Below are positions 25,846 to 35,786 of a stretch of 64,000 nt of DNA, piece after piece. The position numbers and the translations under genes are program-made. The notes under the pieces were generated by a model. The model was not told where the DNA came from. It did not search any database and was given only the letters and a program-made list of their open reading frames with translations. The DNA is taken from the NCBI GenBank assembly GCA_963737625.1, contig CAVTTK010000006.1:181003-245002 (forward strand). Direction: 5' to 3'. Position 1 is the first letter of the stretch. Every line of letters starts with the position of its first letter. The DNA comes from an uncultured Acidimicrobiaceae bacterium (GTDB lineage Bacteria > Actinomycetota > Acidimicrobiia > Acidimicrobiales > RAAP-2).

Positions 25846-26766
25846 TCAGCCGCCTGACAGGTAGGCCTCCAGGATGGCGGCCAGCTCCACCGGCTGGTCG
25901 CCCTGGATGCTGTGACCGGCCTCGCTGACGGTGATGACGTCGTCAGCGGGCCGGCGCCGCCGGAACTCAGCTTCGTCGGCATCGTCCACCACCGGGGACA
26001 GGGCGCCCCTGACCAGCAGCACCGGGACCCCGATGGCCTCGAGCTCATCCCACAACGGGGCGAAGTCGACCGAGCCCACGTGCATGCCGCTGGAGCCGGC
26101 CGGCCGGCCCAGCTGATGACGCCAGGTCCAGGTCCCGTCGTCGCGCTGCACCGAATTGTGCAGCACCCCGCGGCGTAGCGACGACTCCGACCGGGTGGGA
26201 TTGAACTGGATGGTGCGCTGGAGGATCTCGTCGAACGAGGCGAAGGACTCCGGGCCGGCCAGGAAGGCGGCGATGTCCGAGCTCTTGTCGCGGGTGACCC
26301 CCGGCGTGATGTCGATGAGCGCCAACTTGTGCACCAGTCCGGGGTGAGCACGGGCCAGGGCGATGGACGTGGCCCCACCGAGGGACATCCCGACCACCAT
26401 CCGGGCTTCCGGGGCCAGTCGCTCGATGACCACGGCCACATCCTCGGCCATGGCCCGGGGGTTGAGCACGGCAGCGTCGCCGGGCCAGTCGGAGTGGCCG
26501 TGTCCGGGGAGGTCGACGGCCACCAGGGGCCGCCCGAGAGCCAGGGCCACCGTGTCCCAGGTGTGGGCGTTCTGACCACCACCGTGGATGAAGACCACAT
26601 CGGCCAGCTCGGTACCCCAGACCAGGGCGCTCGTCCGGCGACCCGGGGCCACCTCCACGAACTCGCGGCGCACCGTCGGTGGGCCCGTCCAGGGCAGGCC
26701 CACCTCGGAGGCGTTCTCCTCGAAGAGCGAGAACTCGTCGTAGTGGCCCGCTCCCTCGCCGCTCAC
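25846..26766 (-). CDS. Alpha/beta hydrolase
   Basis: HGGGQNAHTWD and nucleophile elbow GMSLGG. The GTG at 26766 overlaps the stop of the upstream gene (GTGA). Confidence 0.8.
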   Translation of the reverse strand: MSGEGAGHYDEFSLFEENASEVGLPWTGPPTVRREFVEVAPGRRTSALVWGTELADVVFIHGGGQNAHTWDTVALALGRPLVAVDLPGHGHSDWPGDAAVLNPRAMAEDVAVVIERLAPEARMVVGMSLGGATSIALARAHPGLVHKLALIDITPGVTRDKSSDIAAFLAGPESFASFDEILQRTIQFNPTRSESSLRRGVLHNSVQRDDGTWTWRHQLGRPAGSSGMHVGSVDFAPLWDELEAIGVPVLLVRGALSPVVDDADEAEFRRRRPADDVITVSEAGHSIQGDQPVELAAILEAYLSGG

Positions 26767-27791
26767 CGGTCCGCTCCCCCGGCGGCGTGGTGGCCCAAGG
26801 CATCGACCATCTGCCCCAGGGTCTCGTCGGCCATCAGGTAGGGGGTGTAGAACCCCACCCGGTCGACCTGGCCGGCGAAGCGGGCCACGATGTCGGCGGC
26901 CACCTCGGTCGGAGATCCCACCGCAGCCAGGGCCGAGAGCATGGTGTCGTCGATCAGGGCCGGCATCTCGTCCCACCGTCCCGACTTGGACAACAGGTTG
27001 AGCTCGGGTTGGAGGTCCTCCCACCCCTCGACCTCCAGGACCGGACGGTAGGCGGGGGTGGACGCATAGAAGGACAGTAGCCAGCGCCCGGCCGTGCGCG
27101 CCGCCGCCATCTCCTCCTCGGTGCGCCCGCAGCACACGATGACCTCCCCGGTGACCGTGAGCTCGGAGCGTTTCCTCCCCGACCGGACCAGGCCCTCTTC
27201 GACGGCCGGCACCGTGCGCTCACGGAAGTGGTCGGCGGTGTTGAACGGCATGACCAGCAGCCCGTCGGCCACCTCGGCGGCCAGTCGCACCATCTGGGGG
27301 CCCAGACCGCCGATGGCCATGGGCGGCATGCCCCAGGTGAGGGGTCCGGGGTTGAACATGGGGGGCATCAGGGTGTGCGAGTAGAACTCACCCCGGAAGT
27401 CCAGCCGCTCCCCGGTCTCCCAGCTGGCGAAGATGGCCCGGAGGGCCCCGACCAGTTCCCGCATGCGGGCGATGGGGCGATCGAAGGCGGCACCGTAGCG
27501 CTTCTCCACCTGGGCCCGGATCTGTGACCCGAGGCCCAGGGTGAACCGCCCGCGGCTCAGCAGCTGGAGGTCGTAGGCCTGGTGGGCCAGCTGGACGGGG
27601 TTGCGGGGGAAGGCGATGGCCACGTTGGTGGCCAGGTCCAGGCGGGTGGTGGCTCCGGCAGCCAACACCAACGGGGTGAACACGTCATGGGGACCCTCGA
27701 AGGTGAAGGCCCCGTCCACCCCCAACGCCTCCAGCCGGCGGGCATGGTCGGGGGCGTCCTCGAGGCCCGATAGGAGCGTGTCGATTCTCAC
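26763..27791 (-). CDS. Luciferase-like (LLM class) flavin/F420-dependent oxidoreductase
   Basis: 342 aa with a TIM-barrel LLM pattern (LATNVAIAFPRNPVQLA...RFTLGLGSQ). Confidence 0.85.
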   Translation of the reverse strand: MRIDTLLSGLEDAPDHARRLEALGVDGAFTFEGPHDVFTPLVLAAGATTRLDLATNVAIAFPRNPVQLAHQAYDLQLLSRGRFTLGLGSQIRAQVEKRYGAAFDRPIARMRELVGALRAIFASWETGERLDFRGEFYSHTLMPPMFNPGPLTWGMPPMAIGGLGPQMVRLAAEVADGLLVMPFNTADHFRERTVPAVEEGLVRSGRKRSELTVTGEVIVCCGRTEEEMAAARTAGRWLLSFYASTPAYRPVLEVEGWEDLQPELNLLSKSGRWDEMPALIDDTMLSALAAVGSPTEVAADIVARFAGQVDRVGFYTPYLMADETLGQMVDALGHHAAGGADR

Positions 27792-27909
27792 GGGTCCATG
27801 TTCGCATCACCGGCCGGCGCCCGCCCATCCCCCGCCCTCGGACCGGGACGGGCGCCGGGTCCGACCTCGGGTGGGCGGAACCCGGGCCTGGCGGTGACAC
27901 ACTGGGCGC

Positions 27910-29214
27910 ATGGCACCGATCCGCTGCACGCCGGACGAAGCCGCCGCCCTGATCCGGACCCGGGACACCATCGGATTCGGCCTGGGACCGGCCAATCCCG
28001 ACGCCTTCTTCACGGCGCTCGGCCGCCGTGATGACTGGGAGGACCTCACCTTCGGAGGGGCCCTCCTGCTCGGCTACTACACGGTGCTCCTCCAGGCCGG
28101 CGTGTCCTACCGCAGCGGCTTCTTCGGGCCGGCCGAGCGGATGATGCTGGCCCAGGGGGCCAATGTCGAACTGGTGCCGGGTGGATTCCGGCAGTTCGCT
28201 CCCATCCTCCGGCGCTTCGCCCCGAGGGTGATGACGGCCCAGGCGACGCCACCGGGGCCGGACGGGACGGTCAACCTCTCGCTGCACCTGGGAGCCACCC
28301 TGGAGGAGCTGCAGATGGCCGGGAACGATCCCGACCGCCTCCTGGTGGTGGAGGTCAATCCCAACCTGCCCCGGACGTGCTCCCTCGGTCCGGAGTTCAC
28401 CAATACCTTGGACCTCGACCTCATCGACGTCCTCGTCGAGGCGGACGGCACGCCCTTCGCCCTCCCGGCCACGCCGCCCGACGACATCGACCACGCCATC
28501 GCCGAGCAGGCCCGAACCTACGTCGGGGACGGGGCCACCCTGCAGATCGGCATCGGCGCCGTCCCCAATATGGTGGCCTCCCTTCTGGCCCAGGGTCCCG
28601 GCGGCGGGTACGGGATCCACAGCGAGATGTTCACCGACGGACTGATGACGCTGCATCAGGCGGGCAAGGTGACCAACGACGCCAAGAGCGTGTTCAACGG
28701 CGTGTCCATCACCACCTTCGCCCTCGGGTCGTCGGAGCTCTACGCCTGGTTGGACGGCAATGAGGCTGTGGCCTTCGTGCCCGTTCAGGTGGTCAACGAC
28801 CCCACGGTCATCGCCCGCAACCACTCCTTCGTCTCCATCAACGGGGCCCTCAGCGTCGACCTCTACGGCCAGGTCGTGGCCGACCACATCGACGGGCGGC
28901 AGATCTCGGGGGTGGGTGGCCACGAGGACTTCGTGGCCGGGGCCGAGATGCGGCTCGACGACCACTCACTCATCTGCCTCCGCTCCACCGCCGTGGCCAA
29001 CGGCGTCACCCGCTCGCGGATCGTCCCGGTGCTTCCGGCCGGGTCGGTGGTCTCGACCCCGCGCCACCACACCGGCGTGGTGGTCACCGAGCACGGCCGG
29101 GCCGACCTGTCCGGCCTCACCGTGGGCGAGCGGGCCTCGGCGCTGGCCGAGATCGCCCACCCCGACTTCCGCGACGAACTCCGTCAGGCGGCGTCCACCC
29201 TCGGGCGACGCTGA
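27910..29214 (+). CDS. Acetyl-CoA hydrolase/transferase family protein (4-hydroxybutyrate CoA-transferase-like)
   Basis: 434 aa with SEMFTDG...GVGGHEDFVAGA, typical of the family. Confidence 0.85.
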   Translation: MAPIRCTPDEAAALIRTRDTIGFGLGPANPDAFFTALGRRDDWEDLTFGGALLLGYYTVLLQAGVSYRSGFFGPAERMMLAQGANVELVPGGFRQFAPILRRFAPRVMTAQATPPGPDGTVNLSLHLGATLEELQMAGNDPDRLLVVEVNPNLPRTCSLGPEFTNTLDLDLIDVLVEADGTPFALPATPPDDIDHAIAEQARTYVGDGATLQIGIGAVPNMVASLLAQGPGGGYGIHSEMFTDGLMTLHQAGKVTNDAKSVFNGVSITTFALGSSELYAWLDGNEAVAFVPVQVVNDPTVIARNHSFVSINGALSVDLYGQVVADHIDGRQISGVGGHEDFVAGAEMRLDDHSLICLRSTAVANGVTRSRIVPVLPAGSVVSTPRHHTGVVVTEHGRADLSGLTVGERASALAEIAHPDFRDELRQAASTLGRR

Positions 29215-29217
29215 CCC

Positions 29218-30033
29218 GTGGCCGCAGATCGCCAGCCGGCGTCGGTCACGCTGGCCACGTTCAACATCCACATGGGCGTCGACGGGTGGGGCCGGCCCCA
29301 CGACATCGCCGGCCGGTGCCGGATCCTCGACGCCGACGTCTACGTCCTGCAGGAGAACTGGGCTCCCGACGACGGGAGCCCGAGCAACGCCGCCCACGTC
29401 GCCGAGGAGCTGGGCCTCCAGGTGGTGGCCGAGGTGGCCCTGTCCCACGGCCAGCTCCACTCCCCCCACCCGGCGGCCGACCACCGCTGGGGTCCGCCCC
29501 TCGTCCTCGCCCCCAAGACCCTCCGTCTCGACGGTGAGCGCTGGAACTCCTCCCGGCACCGCGCCGATCGCACCGTCGCCCGTGGCCAGTGGGGCATCGC
29601 CCTGCTGTCCCGGGTGCCGCTGCGGGACGTGGAGGTCATCCCCCTCGGCCAACTGCGCCGCGACGCCGCCCGCCGGGCCGTCATCCGGGCCGTGGTCGAC
29701 CTGGACGGGGGACCGCTCGTCATCCACGGGACCCACATGTCCCACATCACCCACGGGTCGCACGCCCAGTACCGGCTGCTGGGCACCAAGCTGCCCGACC
29801 TCTCCACGGCGGCGGTGCTGGCCGGGGACATGAACCTGTGGGGTCCCCCGGTCAGCTCGTACGTGAAGGGCTGGCGCCGGGGCATCACCGGGCGCACCTG
29901 GCCGGCCCTTCGTCCCCACAGTCAGCTCGACCACATCATGGTCACCCCACCGGTCACCGTCGCCGACGCCCGCATCGGCGAGTTCGCCGGCTCCGACCAC
30001 CGACCCGTCGTGGCCACGCTGTCCGTGACCTGA
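29218..30033 (+). CDS. Endonuclease/exonuclease/phosphatase (EEP) family protein
   Basis: LATFNIHMG at the N-terminus and GSDHRPVVATL at the C-terminus. Confidence 0.8.
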   Translation: MAADRQPASVTLATFNIHMGVDGWGRPHDIAGRCRILDADVYVLQENWAPDDGSPSNAAHVAEELGLQVVAEVALSHGQLHSPHPAADHRWGPPLVLAPKTLRLDGERWNSSRHRADRTVARGQWGIALLSRVPLRDVEVIPLGQLRRDAARRAVIRAVVDLDGGPLVIHGTHMSHITHGSHAQYRLLGTKLPDLSTAAVLAGDMNLWGPPVSSYVKGWRRGITGRTWPALRPHSQLDHIMVTPPVTVADARIGEFAGSDHRPVVATLSVT

Positions 30034-30132
30034 CCAACCGGGCCCGGGGGCCCGGTCCCGGGTCGATCGAACTCACCCGGAGGGCCCGCCGCGGGCCGGA
30101 CAGAGCGGGTGGGTGGCCGGTAGCGTTCGGCC

Positions 30133-30921
30133 ATGAGCGATCCCCTGAGTGACTTCGACCGGTCCACCTTCTCCCACGCCGGCGAGACCAGGACCGTCTA
30201 CCGGGCCGGAACGGGACCGGCCGTCGTCGTGATGAGCGAGATCCCCGGCATCACCCCCGACGTGGCCGGGTTCGCCGGCCGGATCGCCGCCGCCGGGCTC
30301 ACCGCGGTGATGCCCCATCTCTTCGGGGAGGACGGCCGGGCCCCCTCACCCGGCTACATCGGCTCGTCGATCACCCGGGCTTGCCTCGCCAAGGAGTTCA
30401 CCGTCCTGGCCCGGGGCCGGACCAGTCCGGTGATCGCCTGGCTGCGGGCGTTGGCCGCCGACGCCCACGGGGACTGTGGTGGACCGGGGGTGGGGGCGGT
30501 GGGGATGTGCTTCACCGGGGGCTTCGCCCTCGGGATGATGGTCGACGACGTGGTGGTGGCCCCCGTGCTCAGCCAACCGTCGCTTCCCTTTCCGGTCAGC
30601 AGGGGCCACCGCTACGACCTCGGGCTGTCGCCGGGGGACGTCCGTCGCGTGGAGGAGCGGGCCGCAGCCGGATGCCAGGTCCTCGGGCTCCGCTTCACCG
30701 GCGACAAGGCCAGCCCGCCCGAGCGGTTCGAGCATCTGCGTGAGCTCCTGGGGGATGCCTTCATCGGTGTGGAGCTCGACTCCTCACCGGGCAATCCCCA
30801 CGGTCACAAGAGGGCGGCCCACTCGGTGCTCACCGGGGACCTCGACGACCGCCCCGGCACGCCGACCCGCCACGCCCTGGACCAGGTCCTGGCCTTCTTC
30901 ACCGAGCGCCTCCTGGCGTGA
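30133..30921 (+). CDS. Dienelactone hydrolase family protein
   Basis: 262 aa with a Cys nucleophile context VGMCFTGGFA. Confidence 0.75.
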   Translation: MSDPLSDFDRSTFSHAGETRTVYRAGTGPAVVVMSEIPGITPDVAGFAGRIAAAGLTAVMPHLFGEDGRAPSPGYIGSSITRACLAKEFTVLARGRTSPVIAWLRALAADAHGDCGGPGVGAVGMCFTGGFALGMMVDDVVVAPVLSQPSLPFPVSRGHRYDLGLSPGDVRRVEERAAAGCQVLGLRFTGDKASPPERFEHLRELLGDAFIGVELDSSPGNPHGHKRAAHSVLTGDLDDRPGTPTRHALDQVLAFFTERLLA

Positions 30922-31817
30922 AGGGCGCGGGTCGGGCCTGGCAGGACCGCGGCGAGGTCCGGACCCTGTGCGGGTGGGACATCTTCACGGTGGACATTCC
31001 GGCCTCCGGGGCCGACACGCGGCCCCCGCTGCTGGTCCTCCACGGCTTCCCCACCTCCTCGTTCGACTTCCACCGGGTGGTCGACCGGTTGGCCGGGCAC
31101 CGGCGGGTCCTGGCCTTCGACATGCTGGGCTACGGCCTCTCGGACAAGCCCGACCGGGAGTATCCCATGGGCGTCCAGGCCGATGTGGCCATGGCCTTCC
31201 TGGCCGCGCTGGGTGTCGACCGGCTCGGGCTTCTGACCCACGACGTGGGGGATACCGTCGGGGGCGAGCTGCTGGCCCGCAACCTCGACGGGGAGTGGGA
31301 CGTCACCGTCACCGACCGGACCCTCACCAACGGGAGCATCTACGTGGAGCTGGCGCAGCTCAGCGATGGTCAGCGCCTGCTCCTGGACCTCCCCGACCGG
31401 CGCCTGCCCGACGCCACCCCTCTCGACCGGGACTCGGTGATGGCCGGCGTGGCGGCCACGTTCAGCCCGGAGAGTGCCGTCGATGGCGACGAGTTGGACG
31501 CCCAGTGGTCCATGATCGCCCACCGGGACGGCCAGCAGCTCCTACCCCGGCTCATCCGCTACATCGAGGAGCGCCGCCGCCGCCAGTCCCGGTTCACCGG
31601 GGCCATCGAGCGGCATCCCACACCCATGACCGTGGTGTGGGGCCTCGACGACCCCATCGCCGTACCGGCCATGGTCGACCGGTTGGTCGGGGTCAGACCC
31701 GACTGCGTCGTCAGGCTGCTCGACGGGGTGGGGCACTATCCGATGGTCGAAGCGCCCGACCGCTTCGTCGAGGCGCTGGAGGGCGGAGCGGGGCCCGGTG
31801 ATGGCCCGGCCGCCTGA
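30918..31817 (+). CDS. Alpha/beta hydrolase, MEST/epoxide-hydrolase-like (Asp nucleophile)
   Basis: HGFPTSSFDF and LLTHDVGDTVGGELL. GTGA overlap with the upstream gene. Confidence 0.8.
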   Translation: MKGAGRAWQDRGEVRTLCGWDIFTVDIPASGADTRPPLLVLHGFPTSSFDFHRVVDRLAGHRRVLAFDMLGYGLSDKPDREYPMGVQADVAMAFLAALGVDRLGLLTHDVGDTVGGELLARNLDGEWDVTVTDRTLTNGSIYVELAQLSDGQRLLLDLPDRRLPDATPLDRDSVMAGVAATFSPESAVDGDELDAQWSMIAHRDGQQLLPRLIRYIEERRRRQSRFTGAIERHPTPMTVVWGLDDPIAVPAMVDRLVGVRPDCVVRLLDGVGHYPMVEAPDRFVEALEGGAGPGDGPAA

Positions 31818-31840
31818 GGCGGGCTGGGGAATGGGGCCGG

Positions 31841-32644
31841 TCACGCCGTCGCCAGTACCTCCCCGTGGAGCGCCACGAACCAGCCGTCCGGCGAGTCGGC
31901 CCACCGCCGCCAGGCCGCGGCGAAGGACTCCAGGTCCCGGGGCGAAGCGATCCCGTGGTCCAGGAGCTGCTCGGCCATGTCCGACCGGGTGAAGCGCTCG
32001 GCCCACAGCCCGCCCCACCAGGACCGGTCCTCGGGCGTGGCGAAGCACCAGGTGGAGGCCGAGGGCACGATGGAGGTGAACCCGGCGGCACGGGCCCAGG
32101 CCAGCAGGCGGCGGCCGGCGTCCCAGTGGGCCCCGTTGCGCCGGGTCAGCTCGCCGTAGGCGGCGATGGCCCGGTCGAGATCGGGGTCGTCGGGGAAGTG
32201 GCGGAAGCCGGGGTAGTCACCGTCGCGTGCGGCCACGGTGCCGCCCGGACGGCAGACGCGGCGCATCTCGACCAGGGCGGCCACCGGGTCGCCGACGTGT
32301 TGGAGTACCTGGTGGGCGTGGACCACGTCGAAGGTGTCGGCGTCGAAACGGAGGTCGAAGACGCTGCCGACCTCGAAGGACAGGTTGGTCACCCCGGTCC
32401 CACGGGCAGCTGATCCCGCCTCGAGCAGCACGTCGCCGGACGCGTCGACCCCGATCACCGGCCCCGGCGCCACCCGGGCGGCCAGATCTGCCGTGATGGT
32501 CCCCGGGCCGCAGCCCACATCGAGCAGCGACAAGCCGGGCCGGAGGCGGTCCACCAGGTAGGCGGCGGAGTTCTCCGCTGTCCGCCACCGGTGGGAGCGG
32601 AGCACGCTGTCGTGATGGCCGTGGGTGTAGGGAACGTCGGTCAT
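31841..32644 (-). CDS. Class I SAM-dependent methyltransferase
   Basis: Motif I LLDVGCGPGTIT. Confidence 0.85.
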   Translation of the reverse strand: MTDVPYTHGHHDSVLRSHRWRTAENSAAYLVDRLRPGLSLLDVGCGPGTITADLAARVAPGPVIGVDASGDVLLEAGSAARGTGVTNLSFEVGSVFDLRFDADTFDVVHAHQVLQHVGDPVAALVEMRRVCRPGGTVAARDGDYPGFRHFPDDPDLDRAIAAYGELTRRNGAHWDAGRRLLAWARAAGFTSIVPSASTWCFATPEDRSWWGGLWAERFTRSDMAEQLLDHGIASPRDLESFAAAWRRWADSPDGWFVALHGEVLATA

Positions 32645-32715
32645 GCCTCCAGCATGCGCCGCCTTCCAGACATTGGCAAAGCATCATTCCTTACTCCTGG
32701 CTATAAGCTATCCGA

Positions 32716-33609
32716 ATGGCATCATCGGAATGGCTCCGCACCTTCATGGCCATCTACCGGTCCGGATCGGTGAGCGCCGGGGCCGAGCGCCGCAGCCTCT
32801 CCCAGCCGGCGGCCAGCCAGCAACTGGCCGCCCTCGAGCGCCAGGTCGGACTGCCCCTGTTCACCCGGACGCCCCGCGGCGTGGAACCGACCAGGCGGGG
32901 CCGTGAGCTGCACGCCCAGGTGGCCGGCCCCCTCGATGAGCTCGAGCCGGTGCTGGTGGGTCTGGACGGCGGGCCGATGGCACCCGAGCACCTCGTCCTC
33001 CGGCTGGGTTCGTCGGCCGAGTTCTTCTCGGCCAGCGTGGTGCCGCGGCTCGACCCCGACGGCCCCGCCGTGGTGGCCCGGTTCGGGTCGGACGACGAGA
33101 ACCTGGCCCTCTTGGAGCACGGGGAGCTGGACCTGGCCGTGACCAGTACCTCCCCGGGCCGGCGGTGGCTGTCGACCGAGCCCATCGGCATGAAGCACTT
33201 CGTGCTGGTGGGAGGGCCCGGGTCGGCACCGTCGACGCCGCTGGACTCCCTGGAGGCGCTGGGCACATGGCTGACGGGGAGACCGTGGGTGGCCTACAGC
33301 GCCGAACTGCCCATGACCCGGCGGTTCTGGCTCACCGCACTCGGGCGGCCGTTCGCCGGCGATCTGCGCCTGGTGGCCCCCGACCTTCGGGCGGTGGCGG
33401 CCGCCGTCGAGCGGGGCCTGGGCTGCAGCCTGCTCCCCGACTTCGCCTGTGCCGAGGGCCTGGGGCGGGGCACCATGGTCGAGCTCCACCCGGTGGCGGC
33501 CGTGGCCTCCTCGGAGCCCTGGTTCGCCTGCATCCGCAGCGCCGACCTGGGCCGGATACCCCTCCGCCGGTTCGTCACCGGCCTGGCCGGGTCGGGCCTC
33601 AAGGGGTGA
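32716..33609 (+). CDS. LysR-family transcriptional regulator
   Basis: N-terminal HTH LRTFMAIYRSGSVSAGAERRSLSQPAASQQLAALE. Divergent from the methyltransferase gene. Confidence 0.9.
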   Translation: MASSEWLRTFMAIYRSGSVSAGAERRSLSQPAASQQLAALERQVGLPLFTRTPRGVEPTRRGRELHAQVAGPLDELEPVLVGLDGGPMAPEHLVLRLGSSAEFFSASVVPRLDPDGPAVVARFGSDDENLALLEHGELDLAVTSTSPGRRWLSTEPIGMKHFVLVGGPGSAPSTPLDSLEALGTWLTGRPWVAYSAELPMTRRFWLTALGRPFAGDLRLVAPDLRAVAAAVERGLGCSLLPDFACAEGLGRGTMVELHPVAAVASSEPWFACIRSADLGRIPLRRFVTGLAGSGLKG

Positions 33610-34120
33610 CAGCCTCCAGCGGCCGTCCGTCCTCGAGATAGACGGTGGCCCCCGGGTGGCCCAGGGCCTGGCCCACCCGGCGACCGACCGGGCCGCTCAG
33701 CAGGTGCGCCGCCTCGTCGGGCGTGACCCACCGGCACTCGCTGATCTCCTCGACCTGCAACACGATCCCGCTCTCGCCGTCGGGGCCGATCGAGCCACAG
33801 TCGAACAGGAAGCGGAGGCCTCCGGGCCGGCGGGGGCGCGGGCGGAGGAAGTCCACACAGGCCAGGCGGCCGGTGTCGACCACGAGGCCGGTCTCCTCCA
33901 GCACCTCACGGCGACAGCCCTCCCACGGAGTCTCGCCGTCCTCTTCGAGTTGGCCTCCGGGGATGGTCCAGCCCGACTTGTAGGTCGGCTTGAGGATCAG
34001 CAGGGCCCCGGCGCCGTTGCGGATCAGGGCCCCGGCTGATGCCGGAATGCGGGGGAGCACGAAGTCGGACACCGGTACATCATCACCGAAAACCGCCCGT
34101 TCCGGACCCTCCCGCTTCAC
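33599..34120 (-). CDS. NUDIX hydrolase
   Basis: Nudix box GGQLEEDGETPWEGCRREVLEETGL. Its 3' end overlaps the LysR 3' end by 11 nt. Confidence 0.85.
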   Translation of the reverse strand: MKREGPERAVFGDDVPVSDFVLPRIPASAGALIRNGAGALLILKPTYKSGWTIPGGQLEEDGETPWEGCRREVLEETGLVVDTGRLACVDFLRPRPRRPGGLRFLFDCGSIGPDGESGIVLQVEEISECRWVTPDEAAHLLSGPVGRRVGQALGHPGATVYLEDGRPLEAVTP

Positions 34121-34159
34121 CGTCGGGTGCAGCGGACAGCGGGGCCGGGCACTCCGTGA

Positions 34160-35539
34160 CTACGGCCGGGCCATGTTGTCGAAGCGGGTGTGATGGCCGA
34201 TGAAGGCCAGGCGCTCCACACCGGTCGGGCCGTTGCGGTGCTTGGCCACATGGATCTCCGCCACGCCCTGGCTCTCCACGGCCTCGGGGTTGTAGATCTC
34301 GTCCCGGTAGATGAACATCACCACGTCGGCGTCCTGCTCGATGGAGCCCGACTCGCGCAGGTCGGCCAGCATGGGCCGCTTGTCCTGGCGTTGCTCGAGT
34401 CCGCGTGACAGCTGGGAGAGGGCCACCACCGGCACTTCGAGCTCCCGGGCCAGGATCTTCAGTCCCCGGCTGATCTCGGACACCTCCACCTGCCGGTTCT
34501 CCGCCCCGTGGCGTCCGGTCATCAACTGCAGGTAGTCCACCACCACCAGGCCGAGACCCTCCCGGCTCTTGAGCCGCCGGGCCCGGGCCCGGATGTCCAT
34601 CACCGTCAGGTTGGGGTTGTCGTCGATGAAGATGGGGGCCTCGCTCATCCGGCTGATGGCGTTGCCCACCTTGGACCAGTCGCCCTCCCGCAGCTTCCCC
34701 GTGCGCATGCGGTTGGCATCGACCCGGGCCTCGGAGCCCAACAGGCGCTGGGTCAACTCCATGTGGCTCATCTCCAGGGAGAAGAGCAGGGTCGGCACAT
34801 TGAGCTTGATGCCGGCGTGGGCCACCATCCCGAGGGCGAAGGCGGTCTTCCCCATGGAGGGACGGGCCCCGACCACGACGAGGTTGGACGGCTGGAGCCC
34901 GGCCAGGAGCTGGTCGAGATCGGAGTACCCGGTGGCCAGACCGGTGATGGCATCGCCCTGGTCGTAGAGGCGCTGAAGATGGTCGAGGCCGTCACCGAGC
35001 AGATCGCGCAGCGGGGTCATGGAGTCGACCACCCGGCGCTGGGCCACGTCGAAGACCAGGCTCTCCGCCCGGTCGAGCACGTCCGAGACGTCCTCGGGCA
35101 CGCTGTAGCCGAGCTCGGTGATCTCGCCCGCCACCCCCACCAGGCGCCGCAGCAGCGCGTGCTCCTCGATGATCCGGGCGTAGTAGTCGGCATTGCCGAT
35201 GGAGGGAGTGTTGGCCTGCAGGGAGACGAACACCGAGGGGTCGCCGATGGTCTCGAGGAGGCCGCGGCGGCGGAGCTCCTCGGTGACGGTCACCCAGTCG
35301 GCCGGCTCGCCCTGACTGAACAGCGAGGTGATGGCCAGAAAGATGTGTCCGTGGGACGACTTGTAGAAGTCGTCCGGCTTGCAGATCTCCATGGCCGAGG
35401 CGATGGCGTCCCGGGACAGGAGCATGGCTCCGAGCAGTGACTCCTCGGCCTCGAGGTTGTGGGGCGGGATCCGGCCGGCCGGCATGCCGGCGGAGGACGG
35501 AAGCCGTCGGGGTCGCGTGTCGTCAAAGGCTTGAACCAT
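34160..35539 (-). CDS. dnaB: Replicative DNA helicase DnaB (no intein)
   Basis: PPHNLEAEESLLGAML and Walker A GARPSMGKTAF. 459 aa. Confidence 0.95.
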   Translation of the reverse strand: MVQAFDDTRPRRLPSSAGMPAGRIPPHNLEAEESLLGAMLLSRDAIASAMEICKPDDFYKSSHGHIFLAITSLFSQGEPADWVTVTEELRRRGLLETIGDPSVFVSLQANTPSIGNADYYARIIEEHALLRRLVGVAGEITELGYSVPEDVSDVLDRAESLVFDVAQRRVVDSMTPLRDLLGDGLDHLQRLYDQGDAITGLATGYSDLDQLLAGLQPSNLVVVGARPSMGKTAFALGMVAHAGIKLNVPTLLFSLEMSHMELTQRLLGSEARVDANRMRTGKLREGDWSKVGNAISRMSEAPIFIDDNPNLTVMDIRARARRLKSREGLGLVVVDYLQLMTGRHGAENRQVEVSEISRGLKILARELEVPVVALSQLSRGLEQRQDKRPMLADLRESGSIEQDADVVMFIYRDEIYNPEAVESQGVAEIHVAKHRNGPTGVERLAFIGHHTRFDNMARP

Positions 35540-35786
35540 TGTTCCTCAACCCTGTCCGAGTTGCCCTGTGGAGCGTAAGGCCCTCATCCTGGGGAAATAG
35601 GGGCCGGCAGGTGTGGACGATGCGTGGACAAGCGGCCGTCGGTTGCGGACAGAACTGGGCATGACGCCATCATCCCCGTGGGGTGTGACACGGCGGTGGA
35701 TCCCGGAACACCGTGACGGGTCGCGCCTCGCCGGGAACCGTCCACCCGGTGGTGGTTCGGCCGACGGTCCGACGGCGCCGCGCTGC

